Positions 1-11,339 of a DNA stretch of 64,000 nucleotides are shown here, one piece after another. Origin of the DNA: Enterobacteria phage RB18; the sequence record NC_054906.1. The stretch is one strand, 5' to 3'. The position numbers were made by a program, and so were the translations under genes. Positions within the stretch are counted from its first letter, which is position 1. Each line of letters begins with the position of its first letter. The notes under the pieces were generated by a model that saw only the letters and a program-made list of their open reading frames with translations, did no database searches and was not told where the DNA came from.

Positions 1-1634
1 TCACGGTCAAATATGTTTCAGATGATATTGAAACTGAAGGTAAAATTACTGAAGTAGACGCAGATGGAAAAATTAAGAAAATTAATATTCCTACTGCAAA
101 AATTATCGCTAAAGCTAAAGAAGTCGGTGAATACCCAACATTAGGTTCTAACTGGACTGCAGAAATTTCTTCGTCTTCCTCTGGTTTAGCCGCAGTAATA
201 ACTCTTGGAAAAATTATTACTGATTCTGGTATTTTATTAGCTGAAATTGAAAATGCTGAAGCTGCTATGACAGCGGTTGACTTTCAAGCAAATCTCGAAA
301 AATACGGAATTCCAGGAGTAGTAGCTCTTTATCCAGGCGAATTAGGCGATAAAATTGAAATTGAAATCGTATCTAAAGCTGACTATGCAAAAGGAGCTTC
401 TGCATTACTCCCAATTTATCCAGGTGGTGGTACTCGTGCATCTACTGCTAAAGCAGTGTTTGGATATGGACCACAAACTGATTCACAGTACGCTATTATA
501 GTTCGTCGTAATGATGCTATTGTTCAGAGTGTTGTTCTTTCAACTAAGCGTGGTGAAAAAGATATTTACGATAGTAACATCTATATCGATGACTTTTTCG
601 CAAAAGGTGGTTCAGAATATATTTTTGCAACTGCACAAAACTGGCCAGAAGGCTTCTCTGGAATTTTAACTCTGTCTGGTGGATTATCATCAAATGCTGA
701 AGTAACAGCAGGAGATTTGATGGAAGCTTGGGACTTCTTTGCTGACCGCGAATCTGTTGACGTTCAACTGTTTATTGCGGGTTCTTGTGCCGGTGAATCT
801 TTAGAAACAGCATCTACTGTCCAAAAACACGTCGTTTCAATTGGGGATGCTCGTCAAGATTGCTTAGTATTGTGCTCACCACCACGTGAAACTGTAGTTG
901 GAATTCCTGTAACTCGTGCTGTTGATAACTTAGTCAATTGGAGAACTGCAGCAGGTTCATACACTGATAATAACTTTAATATCAGTTCAACCTATGCAGC
1001 AATCGATGGCAACTACAAATATCAGTATGACAAATATAATGATGTGAATCGTTGGGTTCCATTAGCAGCTGATATTGCTGGTTTATGCGCGAGAACCGAT
1101 AACGTTTCTCAGACTTGGATGTCTCCAGCTGGTTATAATCGTGGCCAGATTCTTAACGTTATTAAACTTGCTATTGAAACTCGCCAGGCTCAGCGCGACC
1201 GTTTATACCAAGAAGCTATCAACCCGGTAACTGGTACAGGTGGTGATGGTTACGTATTGTATGGTGATAAAACAGCTACTTCTGTTCCTTCTCCGTTTGA
1301 TCGTATTAACGTTCGTCGTCTGTTTAATATGTTGAAAACGAACATCGGACGTAGTTCAAAATATCGTTTGTTCGAATTAAACAATGCGTTTACTCGTTCA
1401 TCATTCCGCACAGAAACTGCCCAGTACTTGCAGGGAATTAAAGCTCTCGGTGGAATTTATGAATATCGTGTAGTTTGCGATACAACAAATAACACTCCGT
1501 CAGTAATTGATAGAAATGAGTTTGTTGCAACATTCTACATCCAACCTGCTAGAAGCATTAACTACATTACCTTAAACTTCGTAGCAACTGCTACTGGTGC
1601 AGACTTCGATGAGTTAACTGGTCTTGCAGGTTAA
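1..1634 (+). CDS. 18: Tail sheath protein gp18, C-terminal 544 codons (5' end lies outside window; codon phase starts at nt 3)
   Basis: Open frame runs from window edge to TAA at 1632-1634; translation matches remembered T4 gp18; followed by stem-loop and TATAAATA late promoters. Confidence 0.93.
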   Translation, partial: TVKYVSDDIETEGKITEVDADGKIKKINIPTAKIIAKAKEVGEYPTLGSNWTAEISSSSSGLAAVITLGKIITDSGILLAEIENAEAAMTAVDFQANLEKYGIPGVVALYPGELGDKIEIEIVSKADYAKGASALLPIYPGGGTRASTAKAVFGYGPQTDSQYAIIVRRNDAIVQSVVLSTKRGEKDIYDSNIYIDDFFAKGGSEYIFATAQNWPEGFSGILTLSGGLSSNAEVTAGDLMEAWDFFADRESVDVQLFIAGSCAGESLETASTVQKHVVSIGDARQDCLVLCSPPRETVVGIPVTRAVDNLVNWRTAAGSYTDNNFNISSTYAAIDGNYKYQYDKYNDVNRWVPLAADIAGLCARTDNVSQTWMSPAGYNRGQILNVIKLAIETRQAQRDRLYQEAINPVTGTGGDGYVLYGDKTATSVPSPFDRINVRRLFNMLKTNIGRSSKYRLFELNNAFTRSSFRTETAQYLQGIKALGGIYEYRVVCDTTNNTPSVIDRNEFVATFYIQPARSINYITLNFVATATGADFDELTGLAG

Positions 1635-1650
1635 TACGGTGCATTCTAAA

Positions 1651-1668
1651 GGCCTGTTTCGGCAGGCC
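1651..1668 (+). terminator. Stem-loop GGCCTG-TTTCGG-CAGGCC after gene 18 (partial terminator / RNA stabiliser)
   Basis: 6-bp perfect stem, 6-nt loop, 17 nt after stop. Confidence 0.5.
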
Positions 1669-1669
1669 A

Positions 1670-1677
1670 TATAAATA
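1670..1677 (+). promoter_or_regulatory. Late promoter TATAAATA (upstream of gene 19)
   Basis: Exact T4 late consensus. Confidence 0.6.
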
Positions 1678-1728
1678 CACTATATCCTTAATTCTTTAAT
1701 TCTATATGCCCTAGGTTAAACATAGGGA

Positions 1729-1736
1729 TATAAATA
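1729..1736 (+). promoter_or_regulatory. Late promoter TATAAATA (gene 19, proximal)
   Basis: Exact consensus 15 nt upstream of ATG. Confidence 0.7.
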
Positions 1737-1750
1737 CTACAGAGGCTAAT

Positions 1751-2242
1751 ATGTTTGTAGATGATGTAACACGAGCGTTTGAATCTGGTGATTTTGCTCG
1801 ACCTAACTTATTCCAAGTAGAAATTTCTTATCTTGGACAAAATTTTACGTTTCAATGTAAAGCCACTGCTTTACCAGCTGGTATTGTAGAAAAAATTCCA
1901 GTCGGATTTATGAACCGTAAAATTAACGTAGCAGGCGATCGTACATTCGATGACTGGACTGTTACAGTAATGAACGATGAAGCTCATGATGCTCGCCAGA
2001 AGTTCGTTGATTGGCAAAGCATTGCTGCGGGACAAGGAAACGAAATTACTGGTGGAAAACCTGCAGAGTATAAAAAGAGCGCTATCGTTCGTCAATATGC
2101 TCGTGACGCTAAAACAGTAACAAAAGAAATTGAAATTAAAGGTCTGTGGCCTACTAACGTGGGTGAACTTCAATTAGATTGGGATTCAAACAATGAAATC
2201 CAAACATTTGAAGTAACTCTTGCTCTCGATTATTGGGAATAA
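1751..2242 (+). CDS. 19: Tail tube protein gp19 (163 aa)
   Basis: ATG at 1751, 22 nt after TATAAATA; length and sequence match T4 gp19; position after gene 18. Confidence 0.93.
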   Translation: MFVDDVTRAFESGDFARPNLFQVEISYLGQNFTFQCKATALPAGIVEKIPVGFMNRKINVAGDRTFDDWTVTVMNDEAHDARQKFVDWQSIAAGQGNEITGGKPAEYKKSAIVRQYARDAKTVTKEIEIKGLWPTNVGELQLDWDSNNEIQTFEVTLALDYWE

Positions 2243-2249
2243 AATGAAT

Positions 2250-2263
2250 GGGGAGAAATCCCC
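2250..2263 (+). terminator. Hairpin GGGGA-GAAA-TCCCC after gene 19
   Basis: 5-bp stem with GAAA tetraloop. Confidence 0.5.
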
Positions 2264-2274
2264 ATCCTGCTTAA

Positions 2275-3899
<1,625 letters not shown>

Positions 3900-3900
<1 letters not shown>

Positions 3901-4145
3901 TGGAAGGTTTAATTGAAGCTATTAAATCAAACGACCTCGTAGCCGCTCGTAAATTATTTGCTGAAGCCATGGCTGCAAGAACGATTGATTTAATTAAAGA
4001 AGAAAAAATCGCTATCGCTCGTAATTTCTTAATCGAAGGTGAAGAACCTGATGACGAGGATGATGACGAAGACGAAGACGAAGATAGTGATGATAAAGAC
4101 GACAAAAAAGACAAAGACTCTGACGAAGACGAGGATGATGAATAA
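3900..4145 (+). CDS. 67: Prohead core protein gp67 with acidic D/E-rich C-terminal tail
   Basis: TAATG overlap with gene 20 stop; 81 aa; poly-Asp/Glu tail; synteny. Confidence 0.88.
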
Positions 4146-4570
4146 TGCTTCTGATCCCTGAAACTCATGAATTAGTTCTCGAGAATGTCGAAGCACTTAT
4201 TCCTGAAGCACAGGGTCGCTTTGACGAATTGTCTTCTGCTTTAAATAAAGACGATATAAATACAATTGTCGAGAATATGCTTGATGATGAAACTGATTTA
4301 GCGGTTGCATTAGCTTCTATTAATGAAAATATGCCGTTAAATGAATTTATCGTTAAACATGTTTCCGCCCGTGGTGAAATTACTCGCACTAAAGACCGCA
4401 AAACGCGTGAACGTAATGCATTTCAAACCACTGGGCTGTCTAAAGCAAAACGTAGACAAATTGCTCGTAAAGCTACCAAAACGAAGATTGCCAATCCAGC
4501 AGGTCAATCTCGTGCTCAGCGTAAGCGTAAAAAAGCTCTTAAACGCCGTAAAGCATTAGGATTAAGCTAA
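4145..4570 (+). CDS. 68: Prohead core protein gp68 (141 aa, basic C-terminus)
   Basis: TAATG coupling to gene 67; synteny between 67 and 21. Confidence 0.85.
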
Positions 4571-5208
4571 TGAATGAACCCCAATTACTAATTGAAACTT
4601 GGGGTCAACCTGGCGAAATTATTGATGGCGTACCAATGCTTGAATCTCATGATGGAAAAGACTTAGGTTTAAAACCGGGTTTATACATCGAAGGAATATT
4701 CATGCAAGCGGAAGTTGTCAATAGAAATAAACGTCTTTATCCAAAACGTATATTAGAAAAAGCGGTAAAAGACTATATTAATGAGCAAGTTTTAACTAAA
4801 CAAGCTCTCGGAGAATTAAATCATCCTCCACGCGCTAATGTTGACCCGATGCAAGCCGCTATCATTATAGAAGATATGTGGTGGAAAGGAAATGACGTAT
4901 ACGGACGAGCTCGTGTTATTGAAGGTGACCATGGTCCTGGAGATAAATTAGCAGCTAATATTCGTGCCGGATGGATTCCAGGAGTTTCTTCTCGTGGATT
5001 AGGTTCATTGACTGACACAAATAAAGGTTATCGTATCGTAAACGAAGGATTCAAATTAACTGTAGGTGTTGATGCAGTATGGGGTCCAAGTGCTCCAGAT
5101 GCATGGGTAACTCCTAAGGAAATTACCGAATCACAGACGGCGGAAGCCGATACAAGTGCCGATGACGCCTATATGGCTCTCGCAGAGGCCATGAAAAAAG
5201 CGTTATAA
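4570..5208 (+). CDS. 21: Prohead core scaffold / maturation protease gp21 (212 aa)
   Basis: Length and sequence match T4 gp21; TAATG coupling to gene 68. Confidence 0.92.
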   Translation: MNEPQLLIETWGQPGEIIDGVPMLESHDGKDLGLKPGLYIEGIFMQAEVVNRNKRLYPKRILEKAVKDYINEQVLTKQALGELNHPPRANVDPMQAAIIIEDMWWKGNDVYGRARVIEGDHGPGDKLAANIRAGWIPGVSSRGLGSLTDTNKGYRIVNEGFKLTVGVDAVWGPSAPDAWVTPKEITESQTAEADTSADDAYMALAEAMKKAL

Positions 5209-5211
5209 ATA
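5204..5211 (+). promoter_or_regulatory. Late promoter TATAAATA (gene 22), overlapping gene 21 stop
   Basis: Exact consensus. Confidence 0.7.
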
Positions 5212-5238
5212 TTATTATCTAAACAACAGGACTACAAA

Positions 5239-6048
5239 ATGCTTAAAGAACAACTGATTGCCGAAGCGCAGAAAATTGATGCTTCCGTTGCTCTTGATAG
5301 TATTTTCGAATCAGTTAATATTTCTCCGGAAGCAAAAGAAACTTTCGGCACTGTATTCGAAGCTACCGTCAAGCAGCACGCCGTTAAATTAGCTGAATCT
5401 CATATCGCTAAAATTGCTGAAAAAGCAGAAGAAGAAGTAGAAAAAAATAAAGAAGAAGCCGAAGAAAAAGCTGAGAAGAAAATCGCTGAGCAAGCTTCTA
5501 AATTCATTGACCATCTTGCGAAAGAATGGCTCGCTGAAAATAAATTAGCAGTTGATAAAGGCATCAAAGCCGAACTGTTTGAATCCATGCTTGGTGGATT
5601 AAAAGAGCTCTTTGTTGAACACAACGTTGTTGTTCCAGAAGAATCAGTTGATGTTGTAGCTGAAATGGAAGAAGAGCTGCAAGAACATAAAGAAGAATCA
5701 GCTCGTCTGTTCGAAGAACTCAATAAGCGTGACGCATATATCAATTATGTGCAGCGTGAAGTGGCATTGAGCGAAAGTACTAAAGATCTGACTGAGTCTC
5801 AAAAAGAAAAAGTCTCTGCTCTGGTCGAAGGTATGGATTATTCAGATGCATTCTCAAGTAAATTGAGTGCAATCGTAGAAATGGTGAAGAAATCTAATAA
5901 AGATGAAAGCACTATTACTGAGAGTATAAATACTCCTGATACTGAAGCAGCCGGACTGAATTTCGTCACTGAAGCTGTAGAAGATAAAGCTGCACAGGGT
6001 GCAGAAGATATTGTAAGTGTATATGCGAAAGTCGCATCTCGTTTCTAA
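5239..6048 (+). CDS. 22: Prohead core scaffold protein gp22 (269 aa, Glu/Lys-rich coiled coil)
   Basis: Late promoter TATAAATA at 5204-5211; length 269 aa; composition typical of gp22. Confidence 0.9.
   Translation: MLKEQLIAEAQKIDASVALDSIFESVNISPEAKETFGTVFEATVKQHAVKLAESHIAKIAEKAEEEVEKNKEEAEEKAEKKIAEQASKFIDHLAKEWLAENKLAVDKGIKAELFESMLGGLKELFVEHNVVVPEESVDVVAEMEEELQEHKEESARLFEELNKRDAYINYVQREVALSESTKDLTESQKEKVSALVEGMDYSDAFSSKLSAIVEMVKKSNKDESTITESINTPDTEAAGLNFVTEAVEDKAAQGAEDIVSVYAKVASRF
5925..5932 (+). promoter_or_regulatory. Late promoter TATAAATA inside 3' end of gene 22 (candidate gene 23 promoter)
   Basis: Exact consensus about 135 nt upstream of gene 23 ATG. Confidence 0.55.
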
Positions 6049-6066
6049 TTTTAAAGGTTAACACAA

Positions 6067-7632
6067 ATGACTATCAAAACTAAAGCTGAACTTTTGAACA
6101 AATGGAAGCCATTACTGGAAGGTGAAGGTTTACCGGAAATTGCTAATAGCAAACAAGCGATTATCGCTAAAATCTTTGAAAACCAGGAAAAAGATTTCCA
6201 GACAGCTCCGGAATATAAAGACGAAAAAATTGCTCAGGCATTCGGTTCTTTCTTAACAGAAGCTGAAATCGGCGGTGACCACGGTTACAATGCTACTAAC
6301 ATCGCTGCAGGTCAGACTTCTGGCGCAGTAACTCAGATTGGCCCAGCTGTTATGGGTATGGTACGTCGTGCTATTCCTAACCTGATTGCTTTCGATATTT
6401 GTGGTGTTCAGCCGATGAACAGCCCGACTGGCCAGGTATTCGCACTGCGTGCAGTATATGGTAAAGATCCAATCGCTTCCGGTGCTAAAGAAGCATTCCA
6501 CCCAATGTATGGTCCAGATGCAATGTTCTCTGGTCAGGGTGCTGCTAAGAAATTCCCAGCTCTTGCTGCTAGCACACAAACCGTTGTAGGTGATATCTAT
6601 ACTCACTTCTTCCAGGAAACTGGTACTGTGTATCTGCAAGCTTCCGCTGTAGTAACAATCGATGCTGGTGCGACTGATGCTGCTAAATTAGATGCCGAAG
6701 TTAAGAAACAAATGGAAGCTGGTGTACTGGTAGAAATCGCTGAAGGCATGGCTACTTCTATCGCTGAACTTCAGGAAGGTTTCAACGGTTCTACCGATAA
6801 CCCATGGAATGAAATGGGCTTCCGTATCGATAAACAAGTTATCGAAGCTAAATCTCGTCAGCTGAAAGCTGCTTACTCTATCGAATTAGCACAGGACCTC
6901 CGCGCTGTTCACGGTATGGATGCTGATGCTGAACTGTCTGGTATTCTGGCTACAGAAATTATGCTGGAAATCAACCGCGAAGTTGTTGATTGGATTAACT
7001 ACTCAGCTCAGGTTGGTAAATCTGGTATGACCCTGACTCCGGGTTCTAAAGCTGGTGTATTTGACTTCCAGGATCCGATTGATATTCGTGGTGCTCGCTG
7101 GGCAGGTGAATCCTTTAAAGCTCTGTTGTTCCAGATTGACAAAGAAGCAGTTGAAATTGCTCGTCAGACCGGTCGTGGTGAAGGTAACTTCATTATCGCT
7201 TCCCGTAACGTAGTTAACGTTCTGGCTTCAGTTGATACCGGCATTTCTTATGCTGCACAGGGTCTGGCTACCGGCTTTAACACTGATACTACCAAGTCAG
7301 TATTTGCTGGTGTTCTGGGTGGTAAATACCGTGTATATATCGACCAGTATGCTAAACAGGATTATTTCACTGTAGGTTATAAAGGTCCGAACGAAATGGA
7401 TGCTGGTATTTACTATGCTCCATATGTAGCTCTGACTCCGCTGCGTGGTTCCGATCCGAAGAACTTCCAACCGGTAATGGGATTCAAAACTCGTTACGGT
7501 ATCGGTATCAACCCATTTGCAGAATCCGCTGCTCAGGCTCCGGCTTCTCGCATCCAGAGCGGTATGCCTTCTATTCTGAATAGCCTTGGTAAAAACGCTT
7601 ACTTTAGACGTGTATATGTTAAAGGTATCTAA
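6067..7632 (+). CDS. 23: Major capsid protein gp23 (521 aa)
   Basis: 521 aa as in T4; high-expression codon usage; strong terminator hairpin immediately downstream. Confidence 0.95.
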   Translation: MTIKTKAELLNKWKPLLEGEGLPEIANSKQAIIAKIFENQEKDFQTAPEYKDEKIAQAFGSFLTEAEIGGDHGYNATNIAAGQTSGAVTQIGPAVMGMVRRAIPNLIAFDICGVQPMNSPTGQVFALRAVYGKDPIASGAKEAFHPMYGPDAMFSGQGAAKKFPALAASTQTVVGDIYTHFFQETGTVYLQASAVVTIDAGATDAAKLDAEVKKQMEAGVLVEIAEGMATSIAELQEGFNGSTDNPWNEMGFRIDKQVIEAKSRQLKAAYSIELAQDLRAVHGMDADAELSGILATEIMLEINREVVDWINYSAQVGKSGMTLTPGSKAGVFDFQDPIDIRGARWAGESFKALLFQIDKEAVEIARQTGRGEGNFIIASRNVVNVLASVDTGISYAAQGLATGFNTDTTKSVFAGVLGGKYRVYIDQYAKQDYFTVGYKGPNEMDAGIYYAPYVALTPLRGSDPKNFQPVMGFKTRYGIGINPFAESAAQAPASRIQSGMPSILNSLGKNAYFRRVYVKGI

Positions 7633-7658
7633 TCTCTAACGATAGAAACACAATTTTA

Positions 7659-7682
7659 GGGAACCTTCGGGTTCCCTTTTTC
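7659..7682. terminator. Bidirectional terminator GGGAACC-TTCG-GGTTCCC + T6 between convergent genes 23 and segD
   Basis: 7-bp GC stem, UUCG tetraloop, T-run. Confidence 0.85.
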
Positions 7683-8344
7683 TATTTTATACGATAGCAA
7701 TCAGGCATATCATCCGCATTTATCCAATTGCGAATAGTTTTAGGACTAACTTTAAAATGCTCCGCTGCGTAATCAGGATTATCAAATTTAACGCCCTTTA
7801 TACATATTGGAATAAATTTTTTAATACCACCAAGTTTTTCAGAAATAGCTTTACGATGTGAAATCGATATAGGTTTATTTTTTCGTGGATGAACATGTGT
7901 TTTATAATATTCATTGCGCCCTTTAACTCGCTTCGCAATAGTTTCATCAGATTGCTTAACGCCTGTTTTTGCCTTTGATATTTTTCGTTTAGCTTCCACA
8001 GTCATTCCTTCTTTTGTTCGTATTGATAACATATTACGATATGAAGGATCTTGCAAATGAACTATAACTGGATTTCCTCTGCCACCAATAGCAGCATTAT
8101 AGGTATCAGTTCTCATAACGAATTCCTCATTGACTAGTAAAGCTTCCATTTTATACATCTCCTCAGATGAGGAGAAAGAATAAAGAATTTCTTTTTTAAA
8201 GTTATGAATACCATATTTTTTGATGGATTTTTTGATGTTTACGCCAGAACCCATATAACCATCGTTTTCGTCAAGAGTAGCATGAGCTCCGATGTAAATT
8301 TTTCCATTGATGATATTAGTAATTTGATATATTAAATATTTCAT
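7682..8344 (-). CDS. segD: GIY-YIG homing-endonuclease-like protein (seg family), at the T4 segD position between genes 23 and 24
   Basis: MKYLIYQITNIINGKIYIGAH GIY-YIG motif near N-terminus; start taken at third ATG (8344), best spaced from GGAG; track ORF extends to 8383. Confidence 0.75.
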   Translation of the reverse strand: MKYLIYQITNIINGKIYIGAHATLDENDGYMGSGVNIKKSIKKYGIHNFKKEILYSFSSSEEMYKMEALLVNEEFVMRTDTYNAAIGGRGNPVIVHLQDPSYRNMLSIRTKEGMTVEAKRKISKAKTGVKQSDETIAKRVKGRNEYYKTHVHPRKNKPISISHRKAISEKLGGIKKFIPICIKGVKFDNPDYAAEHFKVSPKTIRNWINADDMPDCYRIK

Positions 8345-8408
8345 TTTAAACATCGCTCCGTTTGTATATGAATATAATATCATATTACTTTGGTCTTGTA
8401 AATAACTT

Positions 8409-8416
8409 TATAAATA
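8409..8416 (+). promoter_or_regulatory. Late promoter TATAAATA (gene 24)
   Basis: Exact consensus 28 nt upstream of ATG. Confidence 0.7.
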
Positions 8417-8443
8417 GTATTATATTTCAACAAGGAAAATACA

Positions 8444-9727
8444 ATGGCTAAAATCAACGAACTTCTGCGCGAATCAACCACAACGAATAGCAACTCAATC
8501 GGTCGCCCAAATCTCGTTGCTTTGACTCGCGCTACCACTAAATTAATATATTCTGACATTGTAGCAACGCAAAGAACTAATCAACCTGTTGCTGCTTTTT
8601 ATGGTATCAAATACCTTAACCCAGACAATGAATTTACATTTAAAACTGGTGCTACTTACGCTGGCGAAGCTGGATATGTAGACCGAGAACAAATCACAGA
8701 ATTAACAGAAGAGTCTAAATTAACTCTCAATAAAGGCGATTTATTCAAATATAATAATATCGTTTATAAAGTATTAGAAGATACTCCATTTGCTGATATT
8801 GAAGAAAGCGACTTAGAGTTAGCTCTTCAGATTGCAATTGTTCTTTTAAAGGTTCGTCTATTTTCTGACGCAGCGTCAACAAGCAAATTTGAAAGCTCTG
8901 ATAGTGAAATTGCGGATGCTAGATTCCAGATTAATAAATGGCAAACCGCAGTTAAATCTCGTAAACTTAAAACTGGCATCACAGTTGAATTAGCACAAGA
9001 TTTAGAAGCAAATGGATTCGATGCTCCTAATTTCTTGGAAGATTTGCTTGCAACTGAAATGGCAGATGAAATCAATAAAGATATTCTGCAGTCTTTGATT
9101 ACAGTGTCAAAACGCTATAAAGTTACAGGAATTACTGATAGTGGATTCATCGATTTGAGTTATGCATCTGCTCCTGAAGCTGGTCGTTCATTATACCGAA
9201 TGGTATGTGAAATGGTTTCGCATATCCAAAAAGAATCAACTTATACAGCAACGTTCTGTGTTGCTTCAGCTCGTGCTGCTGCGATTCTTGCTGCATCAGG
9301 TTGGTTAAAACATAAACCAGAAGATGACAAATATCTTTCACAAAATGCCTATGGGTTCTTAGCTAATGGTTTACCGCTTTATTGCGATACTAACAGCCCA
9401 TTAGATTATGTAATCGTTGGCGTAGTAGAAAATATCGGTGAAAAAGAAATTGTTGGATCAATTTTCTATGCTCCGTATACAGAAGGTCTCGACTTAGATG
9501 ACCCTGAACATGTGGGTGCATTTAAAGTTGTTGTTGATCCAGAAAGCTTACAACCGTCTATCGGTTTATTAGTTAGATATGCTTTATCAGCAAATCCTTA
9601 TACCGTAGCAAAAGATGAAAAAGAAGCAAGAATAATTGACGGTGGAGACATGGATAAAATGGCGGGTCGTTCAGATTTGTCTGTTTTATTAGGTGTTAAA
9701 TTACCAAAAATTATTATTGATGAATAA
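8444..9727 (+). CDS. 24: Capsid vertex protein gp24 (427 aa)
   Basis: 427 aa; TATAAATA at 8409-8416; gp23-like fold family member by position. Confidence 0.92.
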   Translation: MAKINELLRESTTTNSNSIGRPNLVALTRATTKLIYSDIVATQRTNQPVAAFYGIKYLNPDNEFTFKTGATYAGEAGYVDREQITELTEESKLTLNKGDLFKYNNIVYKVLEDTPFADIEESDLELALQIAIVLLKVRLFSDAASTSKFESSDSEIADARFQINKWQTAVKSRKLKTGITVELAQDLEANGFDAPNFLEDLLATEMADEINKDILQSLITVSKRYKVTGITDSGFIDLSYASAPEAGRSLYRMVCEMVSHIQKESTYTATFCVASARAAAILAASGWLKHKPEDDKYLSQNAYGFLANGLPLYCDTNSPLDYVIVGVVENIGEKEIVGSIFYAPYTEGLDLDDPEHVGAFKVVVDPESLQPSIGLLVRYALSANPYTVAKDEKEARIIDGGDMDKMAGRSDLSVLLGVKLPKIIIDE

Positions 9728-9733
9728 AGCAAA

Positions 9734-9755
9734 GGGACCTTTCGGTCCCTTTTTA
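9734..9755. terminator. Terminator GGGACC-TTTC-GGTCCC + T-run between genes 24 and rnlB
   Basis: 6-bp stem, tetraloop, T5. Confidence 0.8.
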
Positions 9756-9756
9756 T

Positions 9757-10761
9757 TTAGCTCACCAACTCAATCCAAGCTGGACGAAGTACATCTTGTA
9801 CCATTTTAACTAATTCCTTCTTAATCAAAGAAGGATTATCCGCTTGAGTTAGAGTAATACCTTCACGAGAAGTTTCTTCCAAAATATCTTGAACAGTTAG
9901 CCCCATCACCTTTCCAAAATCCTTTGGACCAATTTCACCAATTTTAGAAATAACGTTATTTACTCGGTTTAGTGTAACGTAACAAGCTAAAATCCCCACC
10001 AATTTGTTATCAGCTTCTGACAGTTCAACTTTAGCTTTAATAGGCTTATCAGACTTTTTCTTTTCACTAAATTTGGAATTCTTGCATTTAATCGCTACAC
10101 GATTGCGATTAGGCAGCCAAGAAGGATAACAAGGTTTCAATACATATCCTTCAGCGGTAAATACTTCGCCTTTTGCTTCGGCATTCCAAACGCATTTATT
10201 TGCATCAACTAATCCAGCATGGTCTACTGTAAAATTATAATCTTGGACAACAGAATCTAAATCATTTGGCAATTTAATAAGCTCTTCAAATTTACCGCGA
10301 CCTAAAAGTGGAGCCATTTTAAATTTAAATGTATTGCAGAATGATTCCATCATATAATCGTCGACATAAGTCACATCGCCACTTTCTGTAGTGACAATAA
10401 TGTCAAATACATAAAAATCTTTATCACCATAATCGACATTCTTCTGAATGCCAGGTCCAGCGAATTCGCCAAAGACTTGATAAGATACAACCGCTGAGGT
10501 TTCCATAATATCTTGTACTGCTTTAATGGAATCAGCGTAATTCTTTAAAATAATTTCATACCCAAAGAAATCTTCAGCAGGAAGAATCGGTCCAGTACGT
10601 TTAGCGCAAGTTACTTTATCACGCTCAATAATCAATGAGAAATTTGTGCCGTGAATCTTTTCACGAGCTACCCATTCGCCGCCAGTCAATCCTAAGCTAT
10701 AAAGTTTTTCAATAAATTTAGAGTTGTAATGATTTTCAAGACTGCTATACTTTTTAAACAT
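9757..10761 (-). CDS. rnlB: RNA ligase 2 (334 aa)
   Basis: KIHGTN nucleotidyltransferase lysine motif; length 334 aa; position after gene 24 on opposite strand as in T4. Confidence 0.92.
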   Translation of the reverse strand: MFKKYSSLENHYNSKFIEKLYSLGLTGGEWVAREKIHGTNFSLIIERDKVTCAKRTGPILPAEDFFGYEIILKNYADSIKAVQDIMETSAVVSYQVFGEFAGPGIQKNVDYGDKDFYVFDIIVTTESGDVTYVDDYMMESFCNTFKFKMAPLLGRGKFEELIKLPNDLDSVVQDYNFTVDHAGLVDANKCVWNAEAKGEVFTAEGYVLKPCYPSWLPNRNRVAIKCKNSKFSEKKKSDKPIKAKVELSEADNKLVGILACYVTLNRVNNVISKIGEIGPKDFGKVMGLTVQDILEETSREGITLTQADNPSLIKKELVKMVQDVLRPAWIELVS

Positions 10762-10770
10762 AATTAATCC

Positions 10771-11049
10771 TCAAAATGTAATTTCTAACCAATCACCATC
10801 ACGCTGATCACTATTAACTTTAAAGCTGAATCCTTCTTTTCTCAGCCAATCACCAATTTCTTCAGTAATCAATTTATCACGAGCAATACAATAATAATTA
10901 AAATGTGTTTTACCTTGTTCAGCTGCTTTATTAGCAAGTTCCGAAAAATCTTTAATAAAACACTCTAGCTTAAACTGTTTACTTTTAAGTGCTTTTTCGC
11001 GCAATTGATTAGCAAAAGATTCATTTTCATAAAGATCATACTGTTCCAT
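10771..11049 (-). CDS. Hypothetical protein (positional equivalent of T4 24.2)
   Basis: ATG-initiated ORF, overlaps upstream ORF stop; synteny. Confidence 0.6.
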   Translation of the reverse strand: MEQYDLYENESFANQLREKALKSKQFKLECFIKDFSELANKAAEQGKTHFNYYCIARDKLITEEIGDWLRKEGFSFKVNSDQRDGDWLEITF

Positions 11050-11251
11050 TTTTCACCTTTTTATTGATATGTCTTTTTCTATAGACAACTTTTTCTCGAG
11101 TTTCAAATTTATTCTTAGCAGTCATAGCTCGAGCCCATAATACAGCCACTTCTTTTGCCTGTAAGTTTAATTCACGAGCAATTTCAATGAATGGCTTTCC
11201 AGACTCATGAAGAGTAAACACCACAACCTCAGTTCTCATAATCAATCTCAT
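11036..11251 (-). CDS. Small hypothetical protein with helix-turn-helix-like segment (positional equivalent of T4 24.3)
   Basis: ATG start; FIEIARELNLQAKEVAVLWARA resembles a DNA-binding HTH; no clear SD. Confidence 0.55.
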   Translation of the reverse strand: MRLIMRTEVVVFTLHESGKPFIEIARELNLQAKEVAVLWARAMTAKNKFETREKVVYRKRHINKKVKNGTV

Positions 11252-11319
11252 GTTATCGAGTTGGTGCCATTATATACATCATTTTCTGATTGTGTTTTGT
11301 GTGCTTTCAAAATGAAGAA

Positions 11320-11335
11320 AGGGGCCGAAGCCCCT
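11320..11335 (-). terminator. Hairpin AGGGGC-CGAA-GCCCCT after hoc
   Basis: 6-bp stem, CGAA loop, U-rich tract on minus strand. Confidence 0.65.
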
Positions 11336-11339
11336 ATGA

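Noticed and set aside
1871-2173. Antisense or alternate-frame ORFs inside large structural genes (this one in gene 19; others at 4165-4401, 4341-4559, 4821-5018, 5400-5744, 6253-6639, 8827-9075, 9147-9341, 18693-18887, 20645-20908, 24208-24435, 27173-27633, 42007-42375, 52505-52726, 53015-53257, 58350-58538, 59689-59952, 60547-60855, 61568-61820)
   Set aside because: Each lies wholly within a longer, recognisable gene on the other strand or frame, with no promoter or ribosome-binding site
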